A stretch of 40,119 bases of DNA from Candidatus Woesearchaeota archaeon (GTDB lineage Archaea; Nanobdellota; Nanobdellia; Woesearchaeales; GW2011-AR4). The stretch lies in contig JADHVE010000002.1 of the NCBI GenBank assembly GCA_016784195.1, forward strand, positions 1-40,119. Direction: 5' to 3'. A program made the translations under genes and the position numbers. Below the pieces are notes generated by a model. It had not been told where the DNA came from. It did not search any database and saw nothing but the letters and a program-made list of their open reading frames with translations. Shown here one piece after another: positions 1 to 9,444 of this stretch (position 1 is its first letter; every line of letters starts with the position of its first letter).

Positions 1-1
1 C

Positions 2-1048
2 TCTTTTAACTTCTTGCAGTTCTTCGTTTAATCTTTCCATTTCGAACTGTTGTACTTTCTTTTTAGGTCTATGCCTGTCAATAGCCAGGAAATTTACATA
101 TTTATCTATTTCATCAGAACTAGGTTTATGTCCTAATCTTGCGTTTACTTCATCTGTAGTCCATCCTTTTTTAAGAAGATCACAAGCCATCCCTGACCTT
201 AAATCCTTCCAGGTTGTACGTTGACCGCCAGGAATACATTTAATTTCTGTCTTTTCAACAAGTCTATTAATTATCTTTTTTGCATTTGCATATTCAAAAT
301 CAAATAATTTTACTCCATCTTCTAAACCTTTTAAATACAAGTCTAACAGTTCTACAGTTTCAGGATAATTGGTTATTTCACTTCTCGCTTTACGTGATCG
401 CTTTAATATTTCTTTCCTCAGATTTATTCTATATTCTGGTTCTTTAGTGTATGGGTTATTTTGCCTTAAGAAATCATTTTTTTTCAGTTGTAATATTGCG
501 TTTATATTTTCTCCAATATCCCAACATAACCATAATAAAACTCGATGATGCTGTTTATAAGAACTATTAACAATAATTCTAAAACTTTCTTCTTGAATAA
601 ATCTTACATCCTCCTTATTATTATTTCCAGTATATTTAATTACTTCTTTTGCTAACTCAATCTTTCCAGCTAACTCAAAAGGCCGGCTCTTGAATACTTT
701 GGAATAATAAGAACCACTCAAATTTTGATAAGGCTTATTATATCTATTTAAAATAATACCATCTTCTAAATCATCATACACTTTTTTAATATCTTCTTTT
801 GTTAATTTTATCCAGGATTTATTATTAAAGAATCTGTTAGCATTTTTAAACATCCTAACATAAGCGTACAAGGTCTTTGCATTGCCTTCATCTAAAGCCC
901 TCAAATTCCTGATACGCTTCAATTTATATTCTTCTTCTTCAAAGAACTTGCTGAATAATTCTCTATTTTCTCTGCATATTGCAGAATCACTTAACAATTT
1001 ATCTTTTGCTTTCAAGTATCTATTAAGAAAAGTTGCTTTTTGTTTCAT
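2..1048 (-). CDS. Tyrosine recombinase/integrase, 3' end outside the window
   Basis: Not in the ORF track because there is no stop in the window. Manual translation from ATG 1048: MKQKATFLNRYLKAK...WDIGENINAILQLK...WKDLRSGMACDLLKKGWTTDEVNARLGHKPSSDEIDKY. This has the box II xxLR, LGH and Tyr pattern and starts 74 nt past the tRNA 3' end. Confidence 0.85.
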   Translation of the reverse strand, partial: MKQKATFLNRYLKAKDKLLSDSAICRENRELFSKFFEEEEYKLKRIRNLRALDEGNAKTLYAYVRMFKNANRFFNNKSWIKLTKEDIKKVYDDLEDGIILNRYNKPYQNLSGSYYSKVFKSRPFELAGKIELAKEVIKYTGNNNKEDVRFIQEESFRIIVNSSYKQHHRVLLWLCWDIGENINAILQLKKNDFLRQNNPYTKEPEYRINLRKEILKRSRKARSEITNYPETVELLDLYLKGLEDGVKLFDFEYANAKKIINRLVEKTEIKCIPGGQRTTWKDLRSGMACDLLKKGWTTDEVNARLGHKPSSDEIDKYVNFLAIDRHRPKKKVQQFEMERLNEELQEVKR

Positions 1049-1121
1049 TATTAATCACTCTATAGGCTAAGAAATAAAGCAAGTATTTAAATGTTTTTGT
1101 TAGGGGTACAAAAGAGTAAAA

Positions 1122-1237
1122 CGCCGAGGGTGGGATTTGAACCCACATATCCCGAAGGAAACAGGATTTTTACAATCTGTATAGCAATCTTACGCTTCTT
1201 GTTGAATCTGCGCAGTACCAGATTGTGCCACCTCGGC
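1122..1237 (-). tRNA. tRNA-Ser(GCT) with two introns: 29/30 (1190-1207) and 37/38 (1168-1181)
   Basis: Acceptor GCCGAGG/CCTCGGC, G73, long variable arm, T loop TTCAAAT. Removing both introns restores the CAGGA/TCCTG anticodon stem and loop TT-GCT-AA. BHB central helices are GCGC/GCGT and TTGC/GTAA. Confidence 0.92.
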
Positions 1238-1573
1238 AGTAAGCAATAGTAATTTCAATTTAATTTATAAATTTGTTGTTTTAAATTCAATAAAAAAATC
1301 ATTATGTAACAAATCTCAATTATTTGTTCAATATTCCATTGATTATCATTAAAAAACTTGATTATTTTCCATTTAACATTTTAAAACAAATAAAAATAAT
1401 AAAGAAAAAAGCTAAAAGCTATTCAGATAATTGTTAGCGTGTTACATTAATCAAGGGTAAATATCGGAGGTTAAAAAATATAACCGATTAAAACTTAACA
1501 AATAACCAAAATCAAATAGAAAACTTTAAATACAACTCTTATACTTCAATATATATTCCACAAAAGATATTGG

Positions 1574-1858
1574 TTGGGGGTAGAAATGAACAATAACAAA
1601 GAAATTTTTAATGTATTTTTTCGGGAAAAGCCTGCAATGATGCTTGTTGAGTTAAAAAACGCAAAAAGCGAAATTTACGCTTCCTCATTAGCAAAACAGA
1701 TTGACTGCACATATTCTCATGTTGTTAAGATACTCCAGCATATGGAACAGGCAGGTCTTGTTAATTTTGAAAAGCAGGGTAGATTAAAACTTTTGACATT
1801 GACAAAAACCGGCTCAGAAATAGCAGAGAATATTGATAACATCCGTATTTCTTTGTAA
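1574..1858 (+). CDS. Winged-helix DNA-binding protein (start may be ATG 1586)
   Basis: ASSLAKQIDCTYSHVVKILQHMEQAGLV followed by wing GRLKLLTLTKTG. Confidence 0.85.
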   Translation: MGVEMNNNKEIFNVFFREKPAMMLVELKNAKSEIYASSLAKQIDCTYSHVVKILQHMEQAGLVNFEKQGRLKLLTLTKTGSEIAENIDNIRISL

Positions 1859-1885
1859 TTATTTTATTTAAATTTTATTATTTAA

Positions 1886-3310
1886 CTAAACAATCTTTTC
1901 TTCCAAAGCCTTCTTCCCTAAAACTTCTTTAGCCCTCTCAACCATCAAATCTTCTTTATCAGTTGGAATTAAAGCTCCAGCAGCATTCTTATGACCTCCA
2001 GATTCGCAGCCATCTATACCTTTTATTATCTCTTCCACTACAGCCTTTAAGTCAACATATTTGTTTCTTCCGCTTAGCCTTAAAGAAACCTTGGTACAGC
2101 CGTTAAATAACTGGGCCATTGACATTATAAAAGTTCCTGATTTGAAGCCATTGGACTTTGAAAGTATTGAAGCTAATGTCCCTATGATTGTAGGCATTAT
2201 CTGGTCTTGGGCATTTATTATGACAAAACCATCTCCATCAAGGACTAATCTGCTTTCCTTGTTTTCCTCAAACCACCTTAATGAATTTATTATCTCTCTT
2301 TTATAATTGCTTAAGCTTGCAATAGCCTTCCGCTTGATCTTCTTGTCTCCAAGGCAAGCACCTATGCCTAAAGATGCTTTGTCCATACGCCCGCAAGCAT
2401 TAAGCAAAGTCGCGAATTCCTTAGCATCCCTCGTAGGGCTTTCTTTTTCTTCTTCTTTTAAAATATACACATTACCTAAAACATCCTCTGGATCATCTTC
2501 ATTGTTCAGCCTTTTCATTATAATCCCTGTAACAAGCTTTTTTATCTCTTCATCGCTTAAATGAACAAGCTTCTTCCACTCATTCCCGTTTTTTGGGTCA
2601 ATTCCAATCTGATGCAAAAATTGTATTGCTCCTGATTCACTTCCAGTAACATCCGGAATATAGGGGTCTGTAGAATACTCTAAAACCTTATGCAATGGCT
2701 TTGTTTGAGCTCCAAAAATTCTAAGCCCTTTTATAACCTTTATCTTGCCTGTACTAACAGCAACATCCAGAATTTCTTTATTAAGCATTAAAAAACCCTT
2801 ATCTTCCTGCATGTCCCCTATTGCCCCTATGACAGCAACATAAGCCATATCCTCAATTTTCTTATCCAGCATGCTCGCAAACAAATAAACAACGCCTGCT
2901 CCAGAAATCTCTTTTCCTCCATCTACTCCAAACACGTGGGGATTGACAAAAACAATATTTTCATCTATCTTTTCAACCTCCTCCGGAGTATGATGGTCTA
3001 AAACAAAAATTTTCTTTCCACTCAAAACCCTGCTCATATCACTTAGGCTGTTTGAGCCAATGTCAGTAAACATAAAATAATTATAAGGCTCAGGTTCAAA
3101 GCTGCTTAAAACTTCTTTTGTCAGTTGCTGTACAATCGAAACAGAATACTTCATATTATAATTGTTCAGCAGCTTCACAAGTATAGAACAGGCACTTATG
3201 CCATCAGCATCCAAATGGCTTATCAGCCTTATTGTCTCATTTTTATCTATTTTCTTGAACTCTTCAGTAGCCTTTTTAATCTGTTCTTTGAATTGTTCAT
3301 ACTGATCCAT
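1886..3310 (-). CDS. RecJ-like DHH/DHHA1 nuclease
   Basis: Motifs HLDADG, TDIG, LDHH, GAIGD, LLNACGR and C-terminal GGHKNAAG. Confidence 0.9.
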   Translation of the reverse strand: MDQYEQFKEQIKKATEEFKKIDKNETIRLISHLDADGISACSILVKLLNNYNMKYSVSIVQQLTKEVLSSFEPEPYNYFMFTDIGSNSLSDMSRVLSGKKIFVLDHHTPEEVEKIDENIVFVNPHVFGVDGGKEISGAGVVYLFASMLDKKIEDMAYVAVIGAIGDMQEDKGFLMLNKEILDVAVSTGKIKVIKGLRIFGAQTKPLHKVLEYSTDPYIPDVTGSESGAIQFLHQIGIDPKNGNEWKKLVHLSDEEIKKLVTGIIMKRLNNEDDPEDVLGNVYILKEEEKESPTRDAKEFATLLNACGRMDKASLGIGACLGDKKIKRKAIASLSNYKREIINSLRWFEENKESRLVLDGDGFVIINAQDQIMPTIIGTLASILSKSNGFKSGTFIMSMAQLFNGCTKVSLRLSGRNKYVDLKAVVEEIIKGIDGCESGGHKNAAGALIPTDKEDLMVERAKEVLGKKALEEKIV

Positions 3311-3463
3311 TTTAGAAAAACAATAAAAAAAGAAAAGAGCTTCTTTTTATAGTTTTTGATTTGGGTATTTTTAAGAGATTTTTATTTTGAATAAATCAAA
3401 AAGGAAATCAGGTGTGATATTAACCAAATTGAGGTTATTAGGTAAGTTTTAAACTTTTTTTAA

Positions 3464-3943
3464 TTATGTTAATTCTCTGATAATTTTTGCTTCAATTCGA
3501 TGATTATATACCTGCTCAAATTTATCCTTAGTCCATCCCATATCTGGTACAATCTTTCTATAATAATCTTTAGTAAATGATGGACTATCTCTGCCCAAAA
3601 GCAATGATTCAAATCCAGATACACAATATCCATATGAGATGCCACAAAGCATTCCTTTTTCTATCTTATCCTCAATCAAACTATTTTTTGCTAATAAAAA
3701 TTGATTTTCAACAGATTCCATAGGTATATAGTTCAAGTGCTTAGAAAATCTTTTGATTCTGGGGTGAATCAATTCAGATTCCAGGTCAGCACTTTCAAAC
3801 CCTAAGAAATAAACTTTTTTCCCTTGAGATAATGACTTTCGAATCTCAGCAGAAATCTTAATAGATAAATCACCAATGTCCTTATTGTATTCTTGATCCA
3901 TTTTAGGGTCAAATTCAATATGAATAACAGCTAACGCATCCAT
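3464..3943 (-). CDS. Hypothetical protein, possibly isochorismatase/cysteine-hydrolase fold
   Basis: 159 aa ORF. N-terminal ALAVIH strand and LCGISYGYCV resemble the family signature only weakly. Confidence 0.5.
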   Translation of the reverse strand: MDALAVIHIEFDPKMDQEYNKDIGDLSIKISAEIRKSLSQGKKVYFLGFESADLESELIHPRIKRFSKHLNYIPMESVENQFLLAKNSLIEDKIEKGMLCGISYGYCVSGFESLLLGRDSPSFTKDYYRKIVPDMGWTKDKFEQVYNHRIEAKIIRELT

Positions 3944-4035
3944 AAACAGAAAAAAAAAGCAGAGTTTATAAATCTTTCTATTTAGTTGTTATTATTGAGT
4001 GGTAAATATTTCTAGAATCAAGGTATATAATAAAT

Positions 4036-4767
4036 TCACTCACCAAACCTTCTCTCTCTTGCCTTAAACTCTTCAATTACCTTAATCAAATCCTCTTTCT
4101 CAAACTCAGGCCATAATTTATCAAGAAAAAACAGCTCAGAATAAGCACATTCCCATAAAAGAAAGTTACTCATCCTTTTCTCACCACCTGGCCTTATCAT
4201 AATGTCGGGTTCGCTTTGCAAATACAGATTTTCACTAACCAGCTTTTCATCAATGTCACCAATTTTAATCTCTTTACCCTCAGAGTTGTTGCCGGACGTA
4301 GTCCGAGCATTTTTAAATTTTTGAATTATTTTTTTGATGGAATCCACAATCTCAGCTCTGCCGCCATAGCCAACAGCAAAATTAACTATAAAATCAGTAT
4401 TGCCGGAAGTTTTTTCCATCAGTTCCTTCATATCTTGCCTTAAATTATCGGAAAACAGCTCCAGCCTACCAATAAAATTAATCTTTATCTTGCCCTCATT
4501 CACTCTTTTATCCTTTTTCAGCCTGTTAAACTGCTCCTTAAACAACCTCATTAAATAATCAACTTCCTTTTTAGGCCTGTTAAAATTCTCAGTAGAAAAT
4601 GTGTATAATGTAACTTCCTTAATTCCTAACTCTATGCACCAGTCAAACAGCTCCTCTACCTTTTTAGCCCCAACTTGATGGCCTTTGAACCTGTTGCCTG
4701 CCTTTTTTCCATACCTTCTGTTTCCATCTAAAATAATCGCAATATGCTTCGGGTTTTTTTCTTCCAT
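4036..4767 (-). CDS. uppS: Cis-prenyltransferase (undecaprenyl diphosphate synthase family)
   Basis: HIAIILDGNRRY, FSTENFNR, YGGRAEI, IRPGGEKRMSNFLLW. Confidence 0.95.
   Translation of the reverse strand: MEEKNPKHIAIILDGNRRYGKKAGNRFKGHQVGAKKVEELFDWCIELGIKEVTLYTFSTENFNRPKKEVDYLMRLFKEQFNRLKKDKRVNEGKIKINFIGRLELFSDNLRQDMKELMEKTSGNTDFIVNFAVGYGGRAEIVDSIKKIIQKFKNARTTSGNNSEGKEIKIGDIDEKLVSENLYLQSEPDIMIRPGGEKRMSNFLLWECAYSELFFLDKLWPEFEKEDLIKVIEEFKARERRFGE
4290..4310. repeat. Palindromic mini-element inside uppS
   Basis: TGC-CGGAC-GTA-GTCCG-A-GCAT hairpin, 21 nt and GC-rich, within an apparent insertion ARTTSGNNSEG. Confidence 0.6.
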
Positions 4768-4993
4768 TTTTTATTAATATTCGACCATGTCCACACCTGA
4801 TTGTGCTTCTGTTTGTGCTTTATTGGATTATTTTTATTGGTTTTTTATTTATAGGTCATGTTTGATTATACTTTTTTAATGGTTATTTTTATTGATTATG
4901 ACACTTAATTTTTATTGGATATTTTTTAATGATTTTATTATTGAATTTTTTTAAAATCCTGCTTATTTTTATTATTAAATTAATAATACAATT

Positions 4994-5518
4994 TTATTTA
5001 TATACCTTGCTAAAAATCCCTACAAAAACCTCTTTAGGAATCTCAATGCCAGCCTCAACAAAAGCCTTTGCTAGATTATAGCCATCTTCCCTTTCATCCC
5101 CTTTGAACCTGAACCTTAACAGCCTTCCCAGAGTAAACGAGTTCAATAATCCCTCATTCAACTTTAAACTAACCTCTCTATTGCCTTTTGAAACCTTCTT
5201 ATTTAAAAAATCAACAGAAAATTCACTTTTATCAACATCATACCTTAAAAACTCCCACTCAACAAGATTTTTTAATATCTTCTCCTTGTAATTTTTATCC
5301 AGGTACGCATCAATATTATCTATTTTTAAATATTCAAAAAAATCAACATCTTTTACCTTAGAGAAAGAATAAACCCTGCCTAAATACTTCTTTACCTTCT
5401 GTCTGGAGCCTTTGCCCTTTCCCTTAACACTCCGTTTATACCATTTATTATCTACAAGGTAAGCATAAGGATATATTTTCCCTTTTTTATTCTTGATATT
5501 CTTTACACGAATAAACAT
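4994..5518 (-). CDS. Putative DNA-binding protein with IS1634-transposase-like N-terminus, no DDE domain
   Basis: MFIRVK...YAYLVDNKW...RQKVKKYLGR resembles the IS1634-family N-terminal motif; the protein is only 174 aa. Confidence 0.6.
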   Translation of the reverse strand: MFIRVKNIKNKKGKIYPYAYLVDNKWYKRSVKGKGKGSRQKVKKYLGRVYSFSKVKDVDFFEYLKIDNIDAYLDKNYKEKILKNLVEWEFLRYDVDKSEFSVDFLNKKVSKGNREVSLKLNEGLLNSFTLGRLLRFRFKGDEREDGYNLAKAFVEAGIEIPKEVFVGIFSKVYK

Positions 5519-5526
5519 AGAATTAG

Positions 5527-5577
5527 TTAGGCACTATAAAATTATATAAACTTTTCGATTTAATGACTCTAAAACCC
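5527..5577. repeat. Duplicated motif, copy 1 (TTAGGCACTATAAAAT...CTCTAAAACCC)
   Basis: 16-nt and 11-nt exact blocks also occur at 11751 and 11792, with offsets of 40 and 41 nt. Confidence 0.75.
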
Positions 5578-5599
5578 CAAAAAAATGCCTTCTCAGGCC

Positions 5600-6190
5600 T
5601 TACATCTCCTTAACAACTTCACCATCAGGGCTTTTTTCAGAAAAAACCTCTGTCTGGAACTTATATACTCTGCAGGCATCAAAATCTTTCCAGGTATCAG
5701 CTGGCAATCCAGCCTTCATACATGTCTGCTGTAAAAACATCAAAGCATCCCATTTCTGTTCAATAGCCACAATAGGCAACAATAAACCGGAGTTAAAAAC
5801 ACCTCTAACCAACAAACCATCTTTGCCTATCTGTATCTGCCTTAAATAATCATCTGCATTCCTCACATTCATCACACTTGGATTAGTCAAAACAGACACA
5901 CTGATCGTTATTTGTTCAAGTTCTTCTCTGCCCAAAGGAGGAAACCTAGGATCAGAAGAAGCGCTAACAGCAGAATCCGCAACAGCCCGGTAAAGCGGAT
6001 AAGCAGCCTCGGTAATTCCTATACACCCTCTTAACACATTATTCTTCTCTAAAGTAACAAAAGCTCCGCTTAGCAATGAAAATTCTTTTTTAGTACCATC
6101 CTTGATTTTCAGATTTTTTTTGAAAACATAAGAAGAAATAGCCTGCCTTGCCAGCTTAACAAGTTTTGTGCCTTGCTCTAAGCTTAACAT
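5600..6190 (-). CDS. AMMECR1-domain protein
   Basis: GAFVTL, LRGCIG, DPRFPPL, GLLLP, KAGL. Confidence 0.93.
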   Translation of the reverse strand: MLSLEQGTKLVKLARQAISSYVFKKNLKIKDGTKKEFSLLSGAFVTLEKNNVLRGCIGITEAAYPLYRAVADSAVSASSDPRFPPLGREELEQITISVSVLTNPSVMNVRNADDYLRQIQIGKDGLLVRGVFNSGLLLPIVAIEQKWDALMFLQQTCMKAGLPADTWKDFDACRVYKFQTEVFSEKSPDGEVVKEM

Positions 6191-6300
6191 TGAACCTTAC
6201 CTCTTTTACCAGTCTTATTGACTAATTTAAGTACCCTCGGAATCACGAGCTTAAAGAAGCGCTTTATATACGGTTAGCGAGAGATATAAAACAGATATTA

Positions 6301-6582
6301 CTAAATACGTACTTCTTTTGAAAATTCTTTCTTGAATTTTTCACTTACCTTCTTCAGTCTTTGCACTGCAGCTAGTAAAGCGTTTTTTGCAGTTTCATTT
6401 CCATCTGTCTCGATAATCATCTTCGGCTTGCTCACCAAAGGGTGGCGTATACTATAAGTAGCAACCTTAATATGGCTGTCATTCCACATCTCCTTCTTTA
6501 AAACATTGCAAAAAGTATGGCCTAAGCCCCGACTTTCAAAAACAAGTTTATTTTTTTTATTCTCAAGAATATTTAATTTCAT
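6301..6582 (-). CDS. rpoL: RNA polymerase subunit L (Rpo11)
   Basis: GHTFCNVLK...ATYSIRHPL...IETDG, 93 aa. Confidence 0.92.
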   Translation of the reverse strand: MKLNILENKKNKLVFESRGLGHTFCNVLKKEMWNDSHIKVATYSIRHPLVSKPKMIIETDGNETAKNALLAAVQRLKKVSEKFKKEFSKEVRI

Positions 6583-6644
6583 TTTAATCTGAAAACCTAT
6601 ATTTATTTAAATAATTTTGCTTTTTAAAGTTTAATCAATTTAAC

Positions 6645-7286
6645 TTAATCTGTTTTCTCCAACCTAAAACACCCTACGTCAATATACTTTATCCTGCGGG
6701 AATGGAACTTATAAGTAGCTTTTAAGGGAAACTTGAAATACCATGCACCTGTAACTTTAAACTCATTTTTAGCAGAAAGTCTCTCTATAAATGCTTTACT
6801 CTCACTCTTATGGAAACTGTACACTACATTGCCTGTCTCAAAAGCCTTTTTTAAAAAAGCCAGGTCAGCATGTCTCACTTTAACCCCGAAAGGAGGATTT
6901 TCGATAACCGTATCGCACTTTTCATTAAACTCCTTAATATCTTCACATGTAAAAACAGCCTTGCCTTCTATATTGAACTCACTTTTCACCTTCTCAAGGC
7001 TCTTTTTAGCAATCTCTAAAGCTGAGCTATCACTATCCACAAAAAACACCTTTTTTGCCCCTAATAACAAGGCACCTATGCCTAATATTCCGGTTCCACA
7101 TCCCAGATCAGCACTCACTTTTTGCCTTATATCCCCATTTAGAAGCCCATTCCACAGTACAAATGCACCTATCTCACTGTCCATAGTATACTGCTCAACG
7201 CTCACTTTTGGCTCTTTAAAGCCTTCTAGCTTTGATAATGCTATTGCAAGCCCTGATTTTGACCTTATTTCCTTCATTTCGAACAC
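6645..7286 (-). CDS. METTL5-family RNA methyltransferase
   Basis: EQY, DLGCGTGILGIGA, NPPFG, VYSFH, C-terminal FH. Confidence 0.9.
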   Translation of the reverse strand: MFEMKEIRSKSGLAIALSKLEGFKEPKVSVEQYTMDSEIGAFVLWNGLLNGDIRQKVSADLGCGTGILGIGALLLGAKKVFFVDSDSSALEIAKKSLEKVKSEFNIEGKAVFTCEDIKEFNEKCDTVIENPPFGVKVRHADLAFLKKAFETGNVVYSFHKSESKAFIERLSAKNEFKVTGAWYFKFPLKATYKFHSRRIKYIDVGCFRLEKTD

Positions 7287-7517
7287 TCACTTCTCGCCAT
7301 TTTTGCCCTTATTTTAGCTATTTTCCAGCAATTCCATCCCTCACTATTACTTAAACTTTGCTCAAAATCCTTCCAAAGATTATTGCTTTCAGAACAAATA
7401 TAAAAACCTTGCCTTTCCACAAATCTGTTTTTATTCTTCATCATCTCTCTGAATTTTTTATCTCAACTAAAAAAATTAAAGTGCTATAACTCAAGTTCTT
7501 ATTCTCTTTATAGTCTC

Positions 7518-7685
7518 ATTCCCACAACATTCCCAGCAATTCCCTCGTCGGCAAAACATTTTCTTCATTCCCATGATAATCCCACCATATTCCCAAGACT
7601 ATCCCACCATAGTCCCACTATTTATAATTTTCTGTTCTGAAGATATTCCCCCCACGTTCCCAACTTATTCCCAACACAGTCCCAA
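7518..7685 (+). repeat. Helically phased TCCC(A) repeat array, 12 copies with 11-bp period
   Basis: TCCC starts at 7520, 7531, 7541, 7569, 7580, 7591, 7602, 7613, 7647, 7658, 7669 and 7680. Confidence 0.9.
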
Positions 7686-7726
7686 AAAACGAAATATTTA
7701 AATAAACCAGATTTATTTTATTAATT

Positions 7727-8440
7727 ATGTTCTGGAACCAAAACAAGATACAAAAAAAGATTTCAAATCTGCACAATCTTTTATCACAGTCATTCGGAAA
7801 TGTAAAGCAGGATACAGGCATCATCTTCCAGTGGCTGGACTACTTCCATAAAAAAAATTTAGAGCAGGAGCAAATAATCAAGAAGCTTCAGCTTGAGCTT
7901 TCTTACATACCTAAAACAAAAGAAGACCTAAAAAGAATCCTTGACAGCTATTATTCCTACGGGCCAATTTTAGAAAAAATCAATGATCTGAAAGAAAGAA
8001 TAGACTCTTCAAAAAGGGAGCGAATTATAGAAAATGAGCCAATCCTGAGAAAAATCAGAGAGCTTGATGAGCGTATAGAAGCAGTTAAACGGCAGGAATT
8101 AAGGCATATAGAAGAGCCAAAAGCTGCTTTAGAATTAGAATCAATAAGATCCAGATTAGGAAGATTAGAGCAAAAAAAGGATGCTATAAAGGAAAAAATA
8201 ATCAAGAGAATAACCAGAAACTCCAAAGATTATGTCAAGTCAATCTTAGTATCATACATCAAGAAATATGAAAAAATATCAGCCTTGCAGTTAAAGGAAA
8301 TGATTGTTGAAGAGCAGGGACTATGTTCAAAAAGCTCTTTCTACAGGATTCTGGAAGAAATAGAAATCATGAACGAAATAGCCACAATAAAGAAAGGCAA
8401 AGAAAAGCATTATATGGCTAAGAAGATAAAACTACAATAA
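7727..8440 (+). CDS. Coiled-coil protein with probable C-terminal winged helix
   Basis: Long charged heptad region, then ISALQLKEMIVEEQGLCSKSSFYRILEEIE plus a beta-hairpin. TTTAAATA box at 7697. Confidence 0.75.
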   Translation: MFWNQNKIQKKISNLHNLLSQSFGNVKQDTGIIFQWLDYFHKKNLEQEQIIKKLQLELSYIPKTKEDLKRILDSYYSYGPILEKINDLKERIDSSKRERIIENEPILRKIRELDERIEAVKRQELRHIEEPKAALELESIRSRLGRLEQKKDAIKEKIIKRITRNSKDYVKSILVSYIKKYEKISALQLKEMIVEEQGLCSKSSFYRILEEIEIMNEIATIKKGKEKHYMAKKIKLQ

Positions 8441-8498
8441 AGCATATACTGCAAAATAGAAATATATTTAAACAAGACTAATCTAGAAATCCTCGGGG

Positions 8499-9068
8499 GT
8501 GATTGCCATTTTTAGCAATTTTTTTAAGCAGATAAAATGCTCTTTTATAAAAAAAGAGAAGAACAAGAGCATTTTACAAAAGAAAATCTTAAATGAAATT
8601 AAAAATCAGTCTGAAGAGCATTTAAGGGCTATTAATGAGAATACAAACGAGATTCAGTCCAATTATGGCTATATTTCAGAAATTGAAAATAAGATGCATA
8701 AATTAACTGAAAGGATAGACCAGATGCAGCTATTCCTGCAATCCAACAGCAACTTTGTCATGGATAGGATAGAGAATTTTGAGATAAAGCCATTGACAAG
8801 AAACGAGCAGTATGTATTCCTCGTTTTATACGCTTTGGAAGAGGAAAAAGGCTTTGTATCTTACTTGGATATAGCAAGAAAAACAGGCTTCACTGAATCT
8901 TTAGTGCTGGACTATGTAGCCTCTGTTATTGAAAAAGGAGTCCCAATAATAAAGAGATACATCAACAGCAAAGCCTATCTAAAGCTGGATAAAGACTTCA
9001 AAAGGTTGCAGACAAAAGAAAACATCTTGTGCATAGATACAGCTCAAAAAGAGCTTATCAATTTTTAA
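8499..9068 (+). CDS. Coiled-coil protein with C-terminal winged helix
   Basis: Coiled coil, then LTRNEQYVFLVLY...SYLDIARKTGFTESLVLDYVASVIEKGVPI. Confidence 0.78.
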   Translation: MIAIFSNFFKQIKCSFIKKEKNKSILQKKILNEIKNQSEEHLRAINENTNEIQSNYGYISEIENKMHKLTERIDQMQLFLQSNSNFVMDRIENFEIKPLTRNEQYVFLVLYALEEEKGFVSYLDIARKTGFTESLVLDYVASVIEKGVPIIKRYINSKAYLKLDKDFKRLQTKENILCIDTAQKELINF

Positions 9069-9092
9069 CTTTTTTTTTCTTTCTAAAACCCA

Positions 9093-9138
9093 TGAAAAAC
9101 TTCGTTTTTCAGGTATTTTAAAAATCTTTGATGTTTCA
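9093..9138. repeat. Degenerate double-hairpin palindromic element
   Basis: TGAAAAAC-TTC-GTTTTTCA followed by TAAAAATC-TTT-GATGTTTCA; similar layout to 13106-13159. Confidence 0.5.
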
Positions 9139-9389
9139 AAACTTTTAATCAATTATTAAAACTTTTATTTCATACATATTTTAAAACTTTTAGTCATTGA
9201 CAATAACTTTTATTCTATTTATTGCTATATAGAAAATAAAAGAAACCAATTTTCCTAAAAAATCAACCAAATGACTTTCAACAATAAATCTATACCTTTT
9301 TGTGCAAAATCGAGCTTCAAAAGGATATTACATCAAAAACGCAACGATTCTACTACTTTTGTAGCATTTTAAGCCCATTTTCCATTAAA

Positions 9390-9419
9390 AACACAACATT
9401 TAAATACAAGTGTTGCGTT
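9390..9419. promoter_or_regulatory. 12-6-12 inverted repeat overlapping the TATA box; candidate recombinase core or binding site
   Basis: AACACAACATTT-AAATAC-AAGTGTTGCGTT; the arms match at 10 of 12 positions. Confidence 0.65.
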
Positions 9420-9444
9420 ATTTTAAGAAAATTGGTGTTTTGGA

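Noticed and set aside
1460-1490. AATATCGGAGGTTAAA as another spacer-repeat copy
   Set aside because: The internal spacer is much shorter, downstream motifs are missing, and it may be chance.
4800-4990. Repeated TTTATTG in a T-rich spacer
   Set aside because: Irregular spacing; explainable by extreme base composition.
7518-7685. CRISPR array
   Set aside because: The unit is 11 bp with a 4-5 nt core, there are no 25-45 nt repeats or spacers, and no cas genes are present.
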